From a virus (Duplodnaviria; Caudoviricetes): a DNA stretch of 64,000 nucleotides. Below, piece by piece: positions 8,482 to 18,190 of the stretch (positions are counted from its first letter, which is position 1; every line of letters begins with the position of its first letter). The notes under the pieces were generated by a model that worked only from the letters and a program-made list of their open reading frames with translations, was not told where the DNA came from and did not search any database. Location of the stretch: IMG/VR virus record IMGVR_UViG_3300008255_000136, positions 5,335-69,334 of that record. One strand, given 5' to 3'. The translations under genes and the position numbers were made by a program.

Positions 8482-9759
8482 GTGCAGAAGAAAAAGATTT
8501 TATTTATATCCGATCACCCGTTATCAACATCCGGTGTAGGATGTCAGGCACGGTACTTGATTGAAGGATTGCTTAGAACTGGGAAATATCAATTTAGATG
8601 CCTAGGTGCTGCAATTAAGCATGGAGATTACAGAATTGTAAATGTTCCTCCAAATCCAAATGATCCAAATAGATGGAATGACGGCGATTGGCTAATTCGT
8701 CCGATTGATGGCTTTGGAGATAAGAACACAATGCGATTGCTTTTAGCGCAAGAAAAGCCGGACGCAGTGTTTTTGTTTACAGACCCCAGGTTTTTCATGC
8801 ATTATTTTGAAATAGAAGATGAAATTCATCAAATATGCCCAATGGTTTGGTGGCATGTATGGGATAATGATCCTTGGCCCGCATACAATAAAGCCATTTA
8901 TGACAGCATAGATTTGTGCAATTGTCACAGCTATAAAACTTATTCTTTGGTTTCAGAGCATTATCCTGAAATTACAAACTTCATTCCTCACGCAGTTCCT
9001 CCTGAAATATTTTACCCGATGAAAGAAGAGGAGATTTCTTTAGCAAAAGAAAACCTTCTTGGAGCTGAAAAAAAAGATCATTTTGTTGCTCTTTGGATTA
9101 ATAGAAATGCAAAAAGAAAAATGCCTGGTGACGTTATCGATTCTTGGCATATTTTCCTAAAGCAGCTTGAAGAAAAATATGGGCATAAAAATGCCACATT
9201 ATTGATGCATACAAATCCCTTGGATCAAGAAGGTCCAAATCTTTATAAAATTGTTGAACACTTTAATTTGGTTGATAATGTTGTTTTCTCTACAGATCGG
9301 ATAGGCTTTCCTCAAGTAAATATGTTACATAATATTTCTGATACTTATATTTCGATTTCGTCCAACGAAGGATTTGGACTGGGGACTCTTGAGTCGATGA
9401 TGACTGCAACTCCAATTATTGCACTTAAGACTGGTGGTATGACACGCCAGGTTGTAGACCATAGAGATGGAAGCCATAATGGAATTGCTCTCGATCCTGA
9501 AGTTAGGAATTTGGTTGGATCGCAGCTTGTTCCGTACATTTATGAAGATCATATTTCAAATCAAACATTTGCAAATGCCATCATGGAAATGTACGAATAC
9601 GGGCCAGAGAAAAGAAAAGAACTTGGCAAAAAAGCTCTTGATTATGCAAATTATGAATTCAATCTAAATGAAACGGTTGAAAAATGGGATAAAACTTTAT
9701 TTGAAACCATTGAAGGCTGGAAAGACAAAAGGAAACCATGGGAATGTCAGAAACTATAG
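8482..9759 (+). CDS. Glycosyltransferase, GT4-like (GT-B fold)
   Basis: ISDHPLSTSGVG, IPHAV, NRNAKRK, SNEGFGLGTLESMM. Confidence 0.9.
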   Translation: MQKKKILFISDHPLSTSGVGCQARYLIEGLLRTGKYQFRCLGAAIKHGDYRIVNVPPNPNDPNRWNDGDWLIRPIDGFGDKNTMRLLLAQEKPDAVFLFTDPRFFMHYFEIEDEIHQICPMVWWHVWDNDPWPAYNKAIYDSIDLCNCHSYKTYSLVSEHYPEITNFIPHAVPPEIFYPMKEEEISLAKENLLGAEKKDHFVALWINRNAKRKMPGDVIDSWHIFLKQLEEKYGHKNATLLMHTNPLDQEGPNLYKIVEHFNLVDNVVFSTDRIGFPQVNMLHNISDTYISISSNEGFGLGTLESMMTATPIIALKTGGMTRQVVDHRDGSHNGIALDPEVRNLVGSQLVPYIYEDHISNQTFANAIMEMYEYGPEKRKELGKKALDYANYEFNLNETVEKWDKTLFETIEGWKDKRKPWECQKL

Positions 9760-10136
9760 AAAAAATAAAAAATGCAAAAGAGTCTTGGTATTGGAGTCTA
9801 AAGCCTGGTTGTTTTACAGATAGTCTCACAGGCAAAGATCCTTATCCCGACATGGTGAAAAGCCCTTGGTCAAAAACAATAGAGGAGTGGAACGCTTCTC
9901 TTATTGAAGCATGTATATTCTTCGCATTTAGATTATTTGGAGAAGAAAAAGAAAACGTAGAACTAGAAATTCCAGATTCAATTTACGGGAAAATGACACC
10001 TTCAATTCTTCAAAAATGGCCAGGAAAAATAAAAAGAAATAATTCAATTCCATTCAATAAAGTTTTGCTTTCTTTTGAAGGAAAGTCTGGGGTTGTAAAT
10101 GTATTAAATATTAATGAAAAGGGAAATCTTGTATGA
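9738..10136 (+). CDS. Hypothetical protein
   Basis: 132-aa ORF overlapping both neighbouring GT genes; no motif recognised. Confidence 0.6.
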   Translation: MGMSETIEKIKNAKESWYWSLKPGCFTDSLTGKDPYPDMVKSPWSKTIEEWNASLIEACIFFAFRLFGEEKENVELEIPDSIYGKMTPSILQKWPGKIKRNNSIPFNKVLLSFEGKSGVVNVLNINEKGNLV

Positions 10137-11356
10137 AGAAAAAAGTATTATTAAGGGCTCCGCTTTTGACGATGAGCGGATATGGTGTTCATTCTCGTCA
10201 AATCTTTAGATGGTTAGAAAGTCGTTCTGATCAATATGATTTTTCTGTAAATACACTTCCGTGGGGAAATACAAGTTGGCTTATTGATTCAAATAAGCTA
10301 AATGGCCTTATCGGCCGAATAATGAACAAGAGTGGAAAGTCAAAAGATGGTTATGATATATCTATTCAAGTTCAGCTTCCTAATGAATGGGATCCAAGCT
10401 TGGCAAAATTTAATGTGGGAGTTACTGCTGCCGTAGAGACGGACAAGGCAAATCCATCATGGCTCAATAATGTCAATTCTATGGATATGATAATTGTCCC
10501 TTCTGAGCATTCAAAAAAATCTCTATTGAATGCTGGAAGTGTAAATAAAAGAATAGAAGTTGTACCTGAAGCCTTTATTGATGAAATAAAAGAAGAAGAA
10601 CTTGTAACATTGCCTGAATTTGGTACGAAATTTAATTTCTTGATTTTCGGACAAATTACAGGACAAAACGCAGAAGACGACAGAAAAAACACTTATAACA
10701 CCATTAAGTGGCTTTGCGAACTGTTTAAAAAAGATAAAGATGTCGGAATTGTTATCAAAACAAATTCTGCAAGAAACTGTCTTTTTGATCGAGAAAGAAC
10801 CAAGGATATATTGAACAATATCCTTAAAAATATTCGTGGAGAAAACAATCTTCCTCCTGTTTATTTTATCCATGGAGACATGAATGACAAAGAAGTAGCT
10901 TCTCTCTATCGCCATCCCCAAATAAAGGCTTTGGTGGCCCTTACAAAGGGCGAAGGGTTTGGTCTTCCGATTTTAGAGGCAGCGGCTTCTGGACTTCCTG
11001 TAATTGCAACAAATTGGTCTGGACATCTTGATTTTATGGAAAAAGGAAAGTTTTTAAAGGTTGATTATGACTTAAAAGAAATTCCAAAAACTAAAATTGA
11101 TAAAAGAAAGTGCCCAGTATGCCAAAATGGATGCACTGTTTGTTCGGGAACAGGCTTTACTCAAATATTTGTAGAAGGATCTAAGTGGGCCGAGCCAAAA
11201 GAAAAATCTGCAAAAAGTATAATAAAGAAATTTCGTGAGATGCCTGACACTCCAAAAGAATGGGCAGAAAAATTAGCAACTACAATTAGAGAAGAATATT
11301 CACAAGAAGCTATCCAAAATCATTATGATCTAGTATTCTCTGATATAGCTGTATGA
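10133..11356 (+). CDS. Glycosyltransferase, GT4-like, with a Cys4 insertion
   Basis: SGYGVHSR, IIVPSEHS, KGEGFGLPILEAAASGLPVIATNWSGH; CPVCQNGCTVCSGTG at 11111-11155. Confidence 0.9.
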   Translation: MKKKVLLRAPLLTMSGYGVHSRQIFRWLESRSDQYDFSVNTLPWGNTSWLIDSNKLNGLIGRIMNKSGKSKDGYDISIQVQLPNEWDPSLAKFNVGVTAAVETDKANPSWLNNVNSMDMIIVPSEHSKKSLLNAGSVNKRIEVVPEAFIDEIKEEELVTLPEFGTKFNFLIFGQITGQNAEDDRKNTYNTIKWLCELFKKDKDVGIVIKTNSARNCLFDRERTKDILNNILKNIRGENNLPPVYFIHGDMNDKEVASLYRHPQIKALVALTKGEGFGLPILEAAASGLPVIATNWSGHLDFMEKGKFLKVDYDLKEIPKTKIDKRKCPVCQNGCTVCSGTGFTQIFVEGSKWAEPKEKSAKSIIKKFREMPDTPKEWAEKLATTIREEYSQEAIQNHYDLVFSDIAV

Positions 11357-11724
11357 TAATTGGACTAATATTTATAGCCTTATTACTTATTTCGGCACTT
11401 ACTGTTTCAGTAAGTGCCAATTTGCGTTTTGGAAATATGTTAATGAATGTTGAAGATAATCTTCAAACGTGCGTTGACATTGTTGACAAAAGGTATTATA
11501 ATTTAATGCATGTATTTGATGACTCTCCTGGAACGGTAGCTGACGACCCTTTAGTTAGATCGTTTTTAAAAGAGGTTCACGCTACAAGAAACGACATGCT
11601 TATGATAGCAAATCTTATTTCTCGTTCGACTGAGCAATTGAACGATATTAGCAGCGAGAATGAAACTCCTGCTCAAAATGACAAATCAGTTTCTGTAACT
11701 CAGGCAGAAGCAAAAAAAGTTTAA
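11353..11724 (+). CDS. Membrane-anchored hypothetical protein
   Basis: N-terminal hydrophobic helix MIIGLIFIALLLISALTVSV followed by a helical region. Confidence 0.7.
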   Translation: MIIGLIFIALLLISALTVSVSANLRFGNMLMNVEDNLQTCVDIVDKRYYNLMHVFDDSPGTVADDPLVRSFLKEVHATRNDMLMIANLISRSTEQLNDISSENETPAQNDKSVSVTQAEAKKV

Positions 11725-11727
11725 AAA

Positions 11728-12639
11728 TTGGAACAATCAAGTTTTGGCAAAAAGAAAGTTGTAAGAAGAAGAAGAAAGAAAGGAAGTGGTAGTAAGCCTT
11801 ACTTTCATGATGGTACACAAAATGCAATAATAGCTTTTCAAGATGAAATAGCTAAGCTAAGTCCGCTCAGAGAAAAGAAAGACAAATTAAAAAAAATAAA
11901 ATTAGAAATAGAAAAATCAAAAGATAGAAATAAAATTAAATCTTTATCAAATGAAAAAAAAGAAATTGAAAGATGGATTGATAAAAATCAAAGTAATCAA
12001 ATCTTTATAGATTCAAATAAAGAAAAGGCAAAAATTTATAGAGAACATATTGAGCCTGCTTTTGATAAATTGGTAGAAAATCTTATTTTTATTCATAATT
12101 TTTTAAGCCTTCATGATTCTTATGAGGACTTAAAATCTGATTGTGTGACTTTTTTGTATCAGGCCCTACCTAAATGGAAGGCATCAAAAGGCAAAAAGGC
12201 ATTTTCTTATTTTAATATTATTGCAAAGCATTTTTTAATAATTAAAAGCAAACAACGAATCAATAAGATAAAAAAGAATGTATCTTTTGACGATCCAGAT
12301 TCATTGGCAGAGTCGGAGCAAGAACTTTTGGAGGAATACTGTACAGTGCCATCTCCAGATGTGCAAGTAATTTCTAAAGAATTTAATAAAGAAATTAAAG
12401 GATTATTAGTAGAGATAAAGAAAAGATTAAAAAATGATAGCGAACACAAGACCATAGATTCGATCATTTACATATTTAATCATATTGATCAAATTGATCT
12501 ATTAAATAAGAGAGCTGTTTTTTTCTATATTAGAGAGATGACAGGATTATCCGCTAAACAACTGACAACAAATATGGCCGTTATTAAAAAACATTATCGA
12601 GAACTAAGAGGAGATGACGAATTTGGCATTTTCTTCTAG
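11728..12639 (+). CDS. Phage late-transcription sigma factor (T4 gp55-like, sigma70 region 2)
   Basis: YF...AI, AFDKLVENLI, EDLKSDCVTFL, GKKAFSYFNIIAKH; contains a Lys-rich insertion. Confidence 0.75.
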   Translation: MEQSSFGKKKVVRRRRKKGSGSKPYFHDGTQNAIIAFQDEIAKLSPLREKKDKLKKIKLEIEKSKDRNKIKSLSNEKKEIERWIDKNQSNQIFIDSNKEKAKIYREHIEPAFDKLVENLIFIHNFLSLHDSYEDLKSDCVTFLYQALPKWKASKGKKAFSYFNIIAKHFLIIKSKQRINKIKKNVSFDDPDSLAESEQELLEEYCTVPSPDVQVISKEFNKEIKGLLVEIKKRLKNDSEHKTIDSIIYIFNHIDQIDLLNKRAVFFYIREMTGLSAKQLTTNMAVIKKHYRELRGDDEFGIFF

Positions 12640-13015
12640 TAGTGATTTAGAAAAAAACACTCTTCTTCAAGAATTTGATGAATTGTTGAATTCAATAGAT
12701 TCTGCTGGGACTAAAGAAAAAATTCTTTGGAGGCAAATCTATAATAACTCTATTACAGATCGTTCAAATGCTAATCTTTGCTTTTTAGATCTTTATCCTC
12801 ATTTGCAAAGTGACATTGATAACCATATGACACACGGAATGCAGGCAGTTCAATATCTGACAAGAATGGAAAAGTCTAATGAGCAACTAATTAAACTTGC
12901 AACTATTATTCAAAAGGCACTAGAAAGCCAACAGCAAGAAGAGTCTATTGATACAAATGCACTTTTTGACGAAATTCAGAAATCTAGAAAAGAAACAGAG
13001 CAAAAGGGAGAATAA
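12614..13015 (+). CDS. Helical hypothetical protein (weak small-terminase candidate)
   Basis: 133 aa, coiled-coil-like YLTRMEKSNEQLIKLATIIQ; overlaps the sigma gene by 26 nt. Confidence 0.6.
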   Translation: MTNLAFSSSSDLEKNTLLQEFDELLNSIDSAGTKEKILWRQIYNNSITDRSNANLCFLDLYPHLQSDIDNHMTHGMQAVQYLTRMEKSNEQLIKLATIIQKALESQQQEESIDTNALFDEIQKSRKETEQKGE

Positions 13016-14328
13016 TGTTAAACGAAGTCAGTGGCTTTAACGCAAGTCGAAGAATATTTGAAGAAGGAACAGATATTGCCGAAGAAATTGATGGCGCTAG
13101 AGCATCTCTGCCTCTGCCTGTTTTTCAGGTGGCAGTAGTTGTTGATGTTTTTTCAAATCCTAGCCAAATGACAAAAGAGACTTTACAAAAACTAAAAGAA
13201 GGAAGTGCAACACCAGAACTTTATGAAAGAATGCCAAGAAACAGCATTGCAGGCAGAATTATTACAAGAAACCAAGATCTTTACGATAGTTCACCAAAGG
13301 TGTTTTTCCCAGTAAATATATTCGATTCAGAACCTGTAAAGCCGGGAGAGCAGGTTTTTATATTTTATGTAGACCAGACTACAAATGACCAAATTGGTTA
13401 TTGGTGGAAAAGAGTCCCTCAGCCAATAGATACGGACGACATTAATTTTACACATGCTGATAGAAAGTACCAGGCTAATGAAGGTTCTTCTTCAACAGAC
13501 AAGCTGGCAGGAGTTCAGCTTGAAGCGCCTGGCTTTAAAAATGGAGGAGAGAGCACAGAGCAGCAAACCCTGTCAAACCCAAAGGCATATGATGAAATCA
13601 ATAAAAACGCCACAGCAAATGCCCAAATCATCAAAGAGCCGGTAGCTAGATTTACGAAAAGGCCTGGCGACAAAATTATCCAGGGAAGCAACGCAGCCAG
13701 AATTGTGCTCGGAATGGACAGAAAAGGCCCAGCTTCAGAATCTCCTAGAAAAAAATCTGCAACTATTGACATAGTTGTTGGGTATGGAAGAGAAGACACT
13801 CCTACAGCTCCAAAGACAGTCGAGAATTCCCGTGGAGAAATAGAAGTAGACAAAAGACCAACTACAAAACCAAATGATACAGAAGGAGATCCTGACTTTG
13901 AAAATGATCCTTCGAGAATTTATGTTTCTGAAGATACAAATATTGATGAAAATTTTGCGGTAGAAATATCAGGGATACCAGCAAGCGAAGGAACTTCTGC
14001 TTCTATTGGAATTAAAAGTGAAAGAATAAGAATTCTTGCGAATGGAGACATTAAAATTGTCGGAAATGATAATGCAGTTGTTTTGGATACAAATGGAGAT
14101 ATTCATTTAGTTTCTTCTGGCAGAGTAAACTTAGGTTCTGCTTCTCCAAGTTTAGGAGTGGCAAGGCTTAATGACACAGTAGGGGCAGATACAACATTTA
14201 TGGCTTGGATGATCCAAGTTCAGGCTATTGTATCTGCTGCCGGTGCGCTTGTAGGCATTTCTCCTCCTGTTTTTCCAAGTGATTTTGGAATAATAACAAA
14301 AGCATCACAAAAGACGTATTCAGAATAA
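13015..14328 (+). CDS. Baseplate hub/central spike (gp5/gpV-like)
   Basis: OB-like N-terminal region, PGDKIIQGSN, short beta-repeat C-terminus IKSERIRILANGDIKI...VARLNDTV; directly before the gp25-like gene. Confidence 0.65.
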   Translation: MLNEVSGFNASRRIFEEGTDIAEEIDGARASLPLPVFQVAVVVDVFSNPSQMTKETLQKLKEGSATPELYERMPRNSIAGRIITRNQDLYDSSPKVFFPVNIFDSEPVKPGEQVFIFYVDQTTNDQIGYWWKRVPQPIDTDDINFTHADRKYQANEGSSSTDKLAGVQLEAPGFKNGGESTEQQTLSNPKAYDEINKNATANAQIIKEPVARFTKRPGDKIIQGSNAARIVLGMDRKGPASESPRKKSATIDIVVGYGREDTPTAPKTVENSRGEIEVDKRPTTKPNDTEGDPDFENDPSRIYVSEDTNIDENFAVEISGIPASEGTSASIGIKSERIRILANGDIKIVGNDNAVVLDTNGDIHLVSSGRVNLGSASPSLGVARLNDTVGADTTFMAWMIQVQAIVSAAGALVGISPPVFPSDFGIITKASQKTYSE

Positions 14329-14804
14329 TGCCAGACATCAAACAATTTTCCTTTAAAAGTGTCGGACTAAAGTCCGACTCTCCAAAACAACCAAATCCTT
14401 CTGAATTTTTGCCAATTGGAATTAGAACACCAATGAGAATTGGGCAAGGTTCTGATGGCATATTCCAAATGCATTTCAATATTGCAAATCAAATACGTGA
14501 CAATTTTAGAAATATGCTATCAACAAACCATGGAGAAAGGGTTGCAATATATAATTTTGGAGCAAACTTACAACCTTTGACTTTGGAATTGGGTTCTGAA
14601 GTTTTTGATGAAGAGCTTTTGACAAGAATAAACACGGCGGTATCTAGATTTATGCCTTTTATTAAATTAGATCGTTTAGAGCGCGAGGTAGATAATTTAG
14701 ATAATGAGAATGTTGCGAAAGTGAGAGTTAAAGTTTATTATTCTGTTCCGTCATTAGGGATTTTGAATCAAGCAGTTGAAATCTCATTTTATATAGGAGG
14801 CTAA
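14328..14804 (+). CDS. Baseplate wedge subunit (T4 gp25-like)
   Basis: QIRDNFRNMLSTNHGERV...FGANL and I..AVSRFMPFI match the GPW/gp25 pattern. Confidence 0.85.
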   Translation: MPDIKQFSFKSVGLKSDSPKQPNPSEFLPIGIRTPMRIGQGSDGIFQMHFNIANQIRDNFRNMLSTNHGERVAIYNFGANLQPLTLELGSEVFDEELLTRINTAVSRFMPFIKLDRLEREVDNLDNENVAKVRVKVYYSVPSLGILNQAVEISFYIGG

Positions 14805-14809
14805 TTTAG

Positions 14810-16654
14810 ATGCCTATTGATACAAAAAAGCAAGTTAAGCCAGTTAGACAAAGAACATTCCTTAATAAGGATTTCGATTCTTTGCGTTCAGATTTAATAA
14901 CATACGCCAGAGCATTTTATCCTGATAGAATTCAAGATTTTTCAGAAGCATCTCTTGGAGGAGCTTTTGTTGATTTGGCTGCTTATGTTGGTGACGTAAT
15001 GAGCTTTTATCTCGATCATCAATTTGGAGAGCTTTTTGTAGAATCGGCTGTAGAGACTTCAAATATAGAAAATCTTATCAGATCAGCAGGAGTTGAAATT
15101 ACAGGAAACAGCCCCGCTGTTGTAACTTTGCAATTCGCCATAGAAGTTCCAGCAATAAAAGTGGGAACATCTTTTGAGCCAGATCCAAAATCCTTGCCAA
15201 AAATATTACAAGGAACCATTGTTGCAGCTTCTAACGGAACAAGATTTGAAACAATGGGAGATATAGATTTTGCCGATCGAGACGAAGATAATAATTTTGT
15301 TGCTCAAATAGTAATAGGCAGTACAAATGCCAATGGATCGCCGGCTACATTGGTCTTGGGCAGAACTGTAGAGGCGATATCTGGGTTTAGTAGAACAGAA
15401 ACTTTTGTAATATCAAACACATTTGTCCCATTTAGACAGATCTCATTATCTAGTGCAAATGTAACAGCAATAAATAGCGTTACAGATTCTGAAGGAAATG
15501 AATATTATAAGGTTGGTTCTCTAACTCAAGACACTGTTTTTAGGGGAATTCCTAACAAGAGAACCGACAATGATCTTGTAGAAATGATTCTTGAAATACA
15601 GCCTGCACCATACAGATATGTATCCAACACAGACTTATCTACAAGGCTCACTTCGTTGACTTTTGGAGGAGGACAAGCATCCAGCTTAGACAACGACGTA
15701 ATACCAGATCCAAGCGAATTTGCCATTCCTTTGTTTGGAAAAAAGAATTTTGAAAGATTTTCAATTGACCCAAACAATTTATTAAATACAAGAACTTTGG
15801 GTGTGTGTCCTCAAGGAACAATATTATCTATAAATTATAGATATGGAGGCGGGTTATCTCACAACGTTGCATCTGAAACAATTAGGACGATATCAACATT
15901 ATTGATGACATTTCCTAGAAATCCAACTCCTGCATTAGCAGCACAGGTAAGAACAACCGTCGATGTAACAAACCCATCCCAGGCCGCTGGTGGTGAAAAT
16001 GCTCCAACAATCAATGAATTGAAAGCAAAGGTTCCTTCGGCAAGGAATGCACAGCAAAGAATCGTTACAAGAGAAGATTTGCTTGCGCGCGTATATACTA
16101 TGCCAAGTTCTTTTGGAAGGGTATTCCGAGCGGGAGTAAGAAACAACCCAGCAAATCCACAAGCAGCACAGTTATTTATAATCTCAAGAGACTCGAATAA
16201 AAATCTTATTCAATCACCAGATTCTTTAAAGGGAAATCTTATTACATTTTTAAACCAATTTAGAATGATTAGTGATGCGATTGATATTCTTGATGCACCA
16301 GTCGCAAATATTGGTATAGAATTTGAAATTGTGACAGACCCTCAAATCAATAAGAATATTGTTGTACAAAATATTATTTCAAGATTAAAGCAATTTTTCA
16401 AAATAGACAATTTTCAAATTGACCAACCAATAAGGATGTCTGATGTCCAAAATATCATATTCAACAACAATGGAGTTATTTCAGTAACTCAGCTTAGGTT
16501 CAAGAATATAACAGGAACAAAAGACGGAAGATCTTATAGTGGAAACTCTCTAAATATAGCAACGAATACTGTTAGGGGTCTTTTATTCCCTCCTTCTGGC
16601 GGTATGTTTGAGGTAAAATATCCTGATTTTGACATTTTAGGAGCATCGGTTTAA
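14810..16654 (+). CDS. Baseplate wedge protein (T4 gp6 / P2 J-like)
   Basis: KDFDSLRSDL, LAAYVGDVMSFYLD, Y.YGGG, AAGGENAPT, QRIVTREDL. Confidence 0.9.
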   Translation: MPIDTKKQVKPVRQRTFLNKDFDSLRSDLITYARAFYPDRIQDFSEASLGGAFVDLAAYVGDVMSFYLDHQFGELFVESAVETSNIENLIRSAGVEITGNSPAVVTLQFAIEVPAIKVGTSFEPDPKSLPKILQGTIVAASNGTRFETMGDIDFADRDEDNNFVAQIVIGSTNANGSPATLVLGRTVEAISGFSRTETFVISNTFVPFRQISLSSANVTAINSVTDSEGNEYYKVGSLTQDTVFRGIPNKRTDNDLVEMILEIQPAPYRYVSNTDLSTRLTSLTFGGGQASSLDNDVIPDPSEFAIPLFGKKNFERFSIDPNNLLNTRTLGVCPQGTILSINYRYGGGLSHNVASETIRTISTLLMTFPRNPTPALAAQVRTTVDVTNPSQAAGGENAPTINELKAKVPSARNAQQRIVTREDLLARVYTMPSSFGRVFRAGVRNNPANPQAAQLFIISRDSNKNLIQSPDSLKGNLITFLNQFRMISDAIDILDAPVANIGIEFEIVTDPQINKNIVVQNIISRLKQFFKIDNFQIDQPIRMSDVQNIIFNNNGVISVTQLRFKNITGTKDGRSYSGNSLNIATNTVRGLLFPPSGGMFEVKYPDFDILGASV

Positions 16655-16657
16655 TGT

Positions 16658-16665
16658 TTATTTAT
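16658..16665 (+). promoter_or_regulatory. Putative late promoter motif (TTATTTAT)
   Basis: Intergenic TANTTAT upstream of AGGTGG SD and ATG 16676. Confidence 0.4.
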
Positions 16666-16675
16666 AGGTGGAAAT

Positions 16676-18190
16676 ATGTTTCGTAGATTACGTGCAGATA
16701 AAGATTGTTATATTACCAATAAGATTATAAATGGGAAAAGGGTAACTGATGCAAACACAGGACAGGCTGGTACTTTAGATTTATTTAAATTGTCAAATGA
16801 ATCTGTTTCTGGAAGTTTTACTGGTTCAACAATTGAACTATCTCGTCTTCTTGTTCATTTCGATCTTGATCCATTGAGAGAATTGACTGGTTCCATTTTA
16901 GATTTCACAGATAATTCTTTTAAAGCCTTATTAAAAATGAACGATGTTTTTGGAGGGCAAACGATTCCTTCCAATTTTACTTTGATTGCATATCCATTAA
17001 GCAAAAACTTCAATGAAGGAAACGGTTATGACATTGGTCTTTTTAGAGACCTTGATTCTTCTAATTTTATAACATCTTCTTTAGGAACAACTTGGAGTAT
17101 TGATGGAGCTAACGCATCTGGAACTCTTGGAGATTCTAATATTGATATAATTGAAAATGGAAATATTGGAAATGGAGTTCAGAATTTATTTGTAACTCAA
17201 AATTTTTCTGATGGAACAGAAGACTTAATCTTGAATGTAACTTCTATAGTTTCAGCAACTCTTGCTGGGGCATTACCGGATTTTGGATATAGAATTTCAT
17301 TTAGCGGAACACAAGAAACTGATGATGTAAGTCGGTTTGTAAAAAGATTCACGTCACGACACGCAAACGACCCAGCACTAAGACCAAGACTAGAAGTCTT
17401 TTTTGATGATTCTCTGCAAGACGATCATAGAAATTTCTTTTTTGATCTAACTGGCTCTTTATTTTTGAATAATTTCCATTATGGAAACCATTCAAATATT
17501 ATATTCAACGGCCAAGAAGTAACAGGGGCAAATTCGTTATTGTTGCAGATATCTTCTGGTTCTGGCTCTACTTTTTTTGAAAAGTTTATAACTGCATCTC
17601 AATTCTCTGTTGGAGGAAACTTTCAAACAGGAATTTACTTTGCAGAATTTGCAATTGCGACAAATGAAACAGGATCAATTAGAAATCAAATAGATCTTGC
17701 AGGCTCTGCTACGTTCTCTGAAATATGGCAAAGCCTAGACGGGACACAGGGGTTTTTTACAGGCTCTTTGGATATAAAGACAGTGAGGCGAACTGCGTTT
17801 GATGGAGTGCCTTCTAAATTAAACATAACAATAAGAAATAATCTTGGAAAATATCAAAAAACAGAAAAAGTAAGATTTCATGTCTTTGCACAGAATCCCT
17901 TAGAGAATATTCGCGTTTCAAAACTTCCATTCCAAAGAAAAAGTTTACTCCTTAAAAATATGTATTATCAAATAAGGGACTCAAACAGTGGAAAAATTCA
18001 AATACCATTTGAAACACAAAATAATGGGACAAAATTAAGTGTTCATGATGATGGAATGTATTTTGATATATTTATGGATGATTTAGAGGTTGGAAGAAAC
18101 TATGGAATTGAGTTGAGATTTACAGAACTTGGCTCTACAACTACTCTAGATCTAGATAAAATTGGAGCAGTATTTACAGTTATACCATGA
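16676..18190 (+). CDS. Virion structural protein (DNRLRE-like beta domain)
   Basis: SRLLVHFDL and RPRLEV motifs; TGS/SGS-rich; within the baseplate operon. Confidence 0.55.
   Translation: MFRRLRADKDCYITNKIINGKRVTDANTGQAGTLDLFKLSNESVSGSFTGSTIELSRLLVHFDLDPLRELTGSILDFTDNSFKALLKMNDVFGGQTIPSNFTLIAYPLSKNFNEGNGYDIGLFRDLDSSNFITSSLGTTWSIDGANASGTLGDSNIDIIENGNIGNGVQNLFVTQNFSDGTEDLILNVTSIVSATLAGALPDFGYRISFSGTQETDDVSRFVKRFTSRHANDPALRPRLEVFFDDSLQDDHRNFFFDLTGSLFLNNFHYGNHSNIIFNGQEVTGANSLLLQISSGSGSTFFEKFITASQFSVGGNFQTGIYFAEFAIATNETGSIRNQIDLAGSATFSEIWQSLDGTQGFFTGSLDIKTVRRTAFDGVPSKLNITIRNNLGKYQKTEKVRFHVFAQNPLENIRVSKLPFQRKSLLLKNMYYQIRDSNSGKIQIPFETQNNGTKLSVHDDGMYFDIFMDDLEVGRNYGIELRFTELGSTTTLDLDKIGAVFTVIP

Noticed and set aside
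13015-14328. Lysozyme domain in the gp5-like spike
   Set aside because: No T4-lysozyme or other muralytic motif was recognised
16676-18190. Abundant N-x-S/T sequons as N-glycosylation evidence
   Set aside because: About nine sequons is near what the high Asn and Ser/Thr content would give by chance
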